The notes under the pieces are model-generated. The model made no database searches and was not told the origin of the DNA. It saw nothing but the letters and a program-made list of their open reading frames with translations. From Heteronotia binoei (taxonomy: Eukaryota): a stretch of 64,000 nucleotides of DNA. The stretch lies in NCBI RefSeq assembly GCF_032191835.1, contig NC_083229.1, positions 81,468,001 to 81,532,000 on the forward strand. The letters are read 5' to 3'. Position numbers and translations under genes: made by a program. Below, piece by piece: positions 61,218 through 64,000 of this stretch (its first letter is position 1; each line of letters begins with the position of its first letter).

Positions 61218-64000
61218 CTTTTTGCATAAATAGGGAGTTGCCCAAAAAGACCGCCACAACCACATTTAACTTTAAAAGGGGTAAATACACTGAGATGAGG
61301 AGGCATGTGAGGAGGAAACTGAAAGGAAAGGTAAATACGGTCAAAACCCTTGGGGAAGCTTGGAGACTATTTAAAACTATAATCCCAGAAGCTCAGATAA
61401 AATACATACCACTAGTTAGGAAAGGCACAAACAGGTAAAAGAAGAGGCCAGCATGGTTAACAAACAAAGTAATGGAAGCTGTAAAAGGTAAGAAGGACTC
61501 CTTTAAGCGGTGGAAAGCTAATCCAAGTGAGATTAGTAAAAGGGAACACAGGCTGTGGCAAATCAAATGCAAGACTGATCAGGCAGGCAAAAAAGGGACT
61601 ATGAGGAGCATATTGCAAAAAACATAAAGACCAACAATAAAAATTTCTTCAATTATATTAGAAGTAGGAAACCAGCCAGGGAAGCAGTGGAGCCCTTGGA
61701 TGACCATGGGGTAAAAGGATTACTGAAGGAGGATAGGGAAATGGCTGAGAAGCTGAATGCATTTTTTGCCTCCGTCTTCACCGTGGAAGGTGAGAAGTGT
61801 TTGCCCGCCCCAGAACCACTAATTTTGGAAGGGGTGTTGAAAGACCTGAGTCAGATTGAGGTGACAAAAGAGGAGGTCTTACAACTAATAGACGAATTAA
61901 AAACTAATAAGTCACCGGGTCCAGATGGCATACATCCGAGAGTTCTGAAAGAACTCAAAGTTGAACTTGTGGATCTTCTAACAAAAATCTGTAATCTTTC
62001 ATTGAAATCTGCCTCTGTTCCTGAGGACTGAAAGGTAGCAAATGTCACCCCCATCTTTAAAAAGGGTTCCAGAGGAGATCCGGGAAATTACAGGCCAGTC
62101 AGTCTTTCAATACCGGGAAAGTTGGTAGAAACCATTATCAAGGACAGAATGAGTAGGCACATTGATGAACACGGGTTATTGAGGAAGACTCAGCATGGGT
62201 TCTGTAGGGGAAGATCTTGCCTCACTAACCTGCTACATGTCTTTGAGGGGGTGAACAAACATTTTATTTATTTATTCTATGATTTGTATCCCGCCCTTCC
62301 CATAAAAATGGCTCAGGGAGGCTCACAACAGACGATAAAACAGAATTCAAATTGACATTTACATATATAAACATTTAAAAAGTCAGAGCATTTAAAACCT
62401 AAAAACCTTAAAACCTTAACATCAAATACAATATAATTAACAGGAGTTTAATAAACTACATTTATTTCCCAGTCAGATGTAGGCTAGCCGGAAGAGGGTT
62501 GTCTTGCAGGCCCTGCGGAACTGAGTAAGGGCCCTCACCTCCTCCAGCAGCTGGTTCCACCATGTAGGGGCCATTATGGAAAAGGCCCTGTCTCTGGTTG
62601 TCTTAAGATGGACTTCTTTAGGCCCGGGGATGGTGAGAAGGTTTTGAGTTCCCGACCTCAGTACTCTCTGGGGAACATATGGGGAGAGACGGTACTTCAG
62701 GTAGGCAGGTCCCAGGCCATATAGGGCTTTAAAGGTAATGACCAGCACCTTGTACAGGACTTGGTATGTTATTGGGAGCCAGTGCAGAGCCCGAAGACCC
62801 GGCCGAATGTGCCCCCATTTTGGGAGGCCCAATAACAGCCGGGCCACGGCATTCTGCACCAGCTGCAATTTCCGAGTTCGGCACAGGGGCAGCCCCATGT
62901 AGAGGGCATTGCAGTAGTCCATCCTCGAGGTGACCGTAGCATGGATCACTGTTGCTAGGTCGTCGCGATCCAGGAAGGGAGCCAACTGCCTTGCCCGCCT
63001 AAAATGAAAAAACGCAGACTTGGCAGTGGTTGCTATGTGAACCTCCATCTTTAGGGAAGGCTCCAATAGCACCCCCAAGCTCTTGACCTTATCCGCCGCC
63101 GTCAGCGGCGCACCATCAAAAGCTGGCAGGGGGATTTCCCCCTCCCCGGCCCCCAAGCAAAGGACCTCTGTCTTCACAGGATTTAATCTCAGTCCACTCA
63201 GTCTGAGCCACTCAGCCACGGCCTGTAGTGCCCGATCCAGATTTTCTGGGGTGCAGACCGGCCAGCCGTCCATAAGCAGATAAAGCTGGGTGTCATCAGC
63301 ATACTGGTGACACCCCAGCCCATATCTTCGGGCAATCTGGGCAAGGGGTCGCATATAGATGTTAAATAACATCGGGGAGAGAACCACTCCCTGGGGCACT
63401 CCACAATCAAGTGTGCGCCTCCGGGATAGTTCCCCCCCAATCGCGACCCTTTGTCCCTGACCTTCAAGGAAACATGTGGACAAAGGAGACCCGATAGATG
63501 TTGTTTACCTTGACTTCCAGAAAGCTTTTGATAAAGTTCCTCATCAAAGGCTCCTTAGAAAGCTTGAGAGTCATGGAGTAAAAGGACAGGTCCTCTTGTG
63601 GATCAAAAACTGGCTGAGTAATAGGAAGCAGAGAGTGAGTATAAATGGGCAGTCTTCGCAGTGGAGGACGGTAAGCAGTGGGGTGCCGCAGGGCTTGGTA
63701 CTGGGTCCCATGCTCTTTAACTTGTTCATAAATGATTTAGAGTTGGGAGTGAGCAGTGAAGTGGACAAATTTGCGGATGACACTAAATTATTCAGGGTGG
63801 TGAGAACCAGAGAGGATTGTAAGGATCTGTTGAGGCTGGGTGAGTAGGTGTCAACGTGGCAGATGCGGTTCAGTGTGGCCAAGTGCAAAGTAATGCACAT
63901 TGGGGCCAAGAATCCCAACTACAAATACAAGTTGATGGGGTGTGAACTGGCAGAGACTGACCAAGAGAGAGATCTTGGGGTCGTGGTAGATAATTCACTG
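61218..64000 (+). mobile_element. CR1 LINE ORF2 (RT region), 5'-truncated, split by an L2 insertion and running off the window
   Basis: KSPGPDGIHPRVLKEL, PIFKKG..GNYRPVSL, QHGFCRGRSCLTNLL, VYLDFQKAFDKVPH, SGVPQG.VLGP.LF, KFADDTKL. In-frame stops at Trp positions 62029-62031 and 63845-63847. Confidence 0.96.
62263..63469 (-). mobile_element. Young 5'-truncated L2 LINE inserted antisense into the CR1
   Basis: Uninterrupted reading frame over the ORF part (track ORF 62473-63483) with GVPQG.VLSP, HQYADDTQLY, SRMDYCN and LHWLP; L2 tail with (TAAA)n at 62263; AAACAT duplicated at 62257-62262 and 63470-63475. Confidence 0.96.

Noticed and set aside
1-64000. CRISPR arrays, operons or other prokaryotic systems
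   Set aside because: The sequence is clearly vertebrate; there is no regularly spaced repeat-spacer array, and the recurring GTGAGCCGCCCTGAG..GGGCGGGATA motifs are dispersed L2 3' tails.

Overview
Vertebrate genomic DNA from a squamate reptile, probably a gecko. This is inferred from the repeat content: Sauria-type SINEs, MIR/Squam3-type SINEs, BovB, squamate L2/CR1 and short hAT MITEs. The only host gene I can support is the 5' end of ROCK1 on the + strand: a CpG-island promoter at about 39.1-39.9 kb, coding exon 1 at 40410-40502 (MSIGESFESRFEKIGMMLKDPKSEVNADCLL, followed by a GTGAGT donor), then intron 1 to the end of the window. I could not find exon 2. The rest is intergenic or intronic DNA dense in transposons, often nested: L1-like, L2, CR1 and RTE-BovB LINEs, a DIRS-type retrotransposon with an internal deletion, a solo LTR, Tc1, hAT and Harbinger-like DNA elements, tRNA- and 5S-derived SINEs, and Penelope remnants. 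Almost all ORF-track entries are TE fragments or noise. I see no solid evidence for a new multi-gene system. The most unusual structure is a pair of back-to-back, mismatch-free inverted repeats at 11665-11834. Other leads are a possible divergent transcript and upstream ORFs at ROCK1, the DIRS copy with a LAP2alpha-like gag, a decayed hammerhead-ribozyme core, and 5S-derived SINEs with two different tails. No database searches were run; family names come from recognised motifs and recall.
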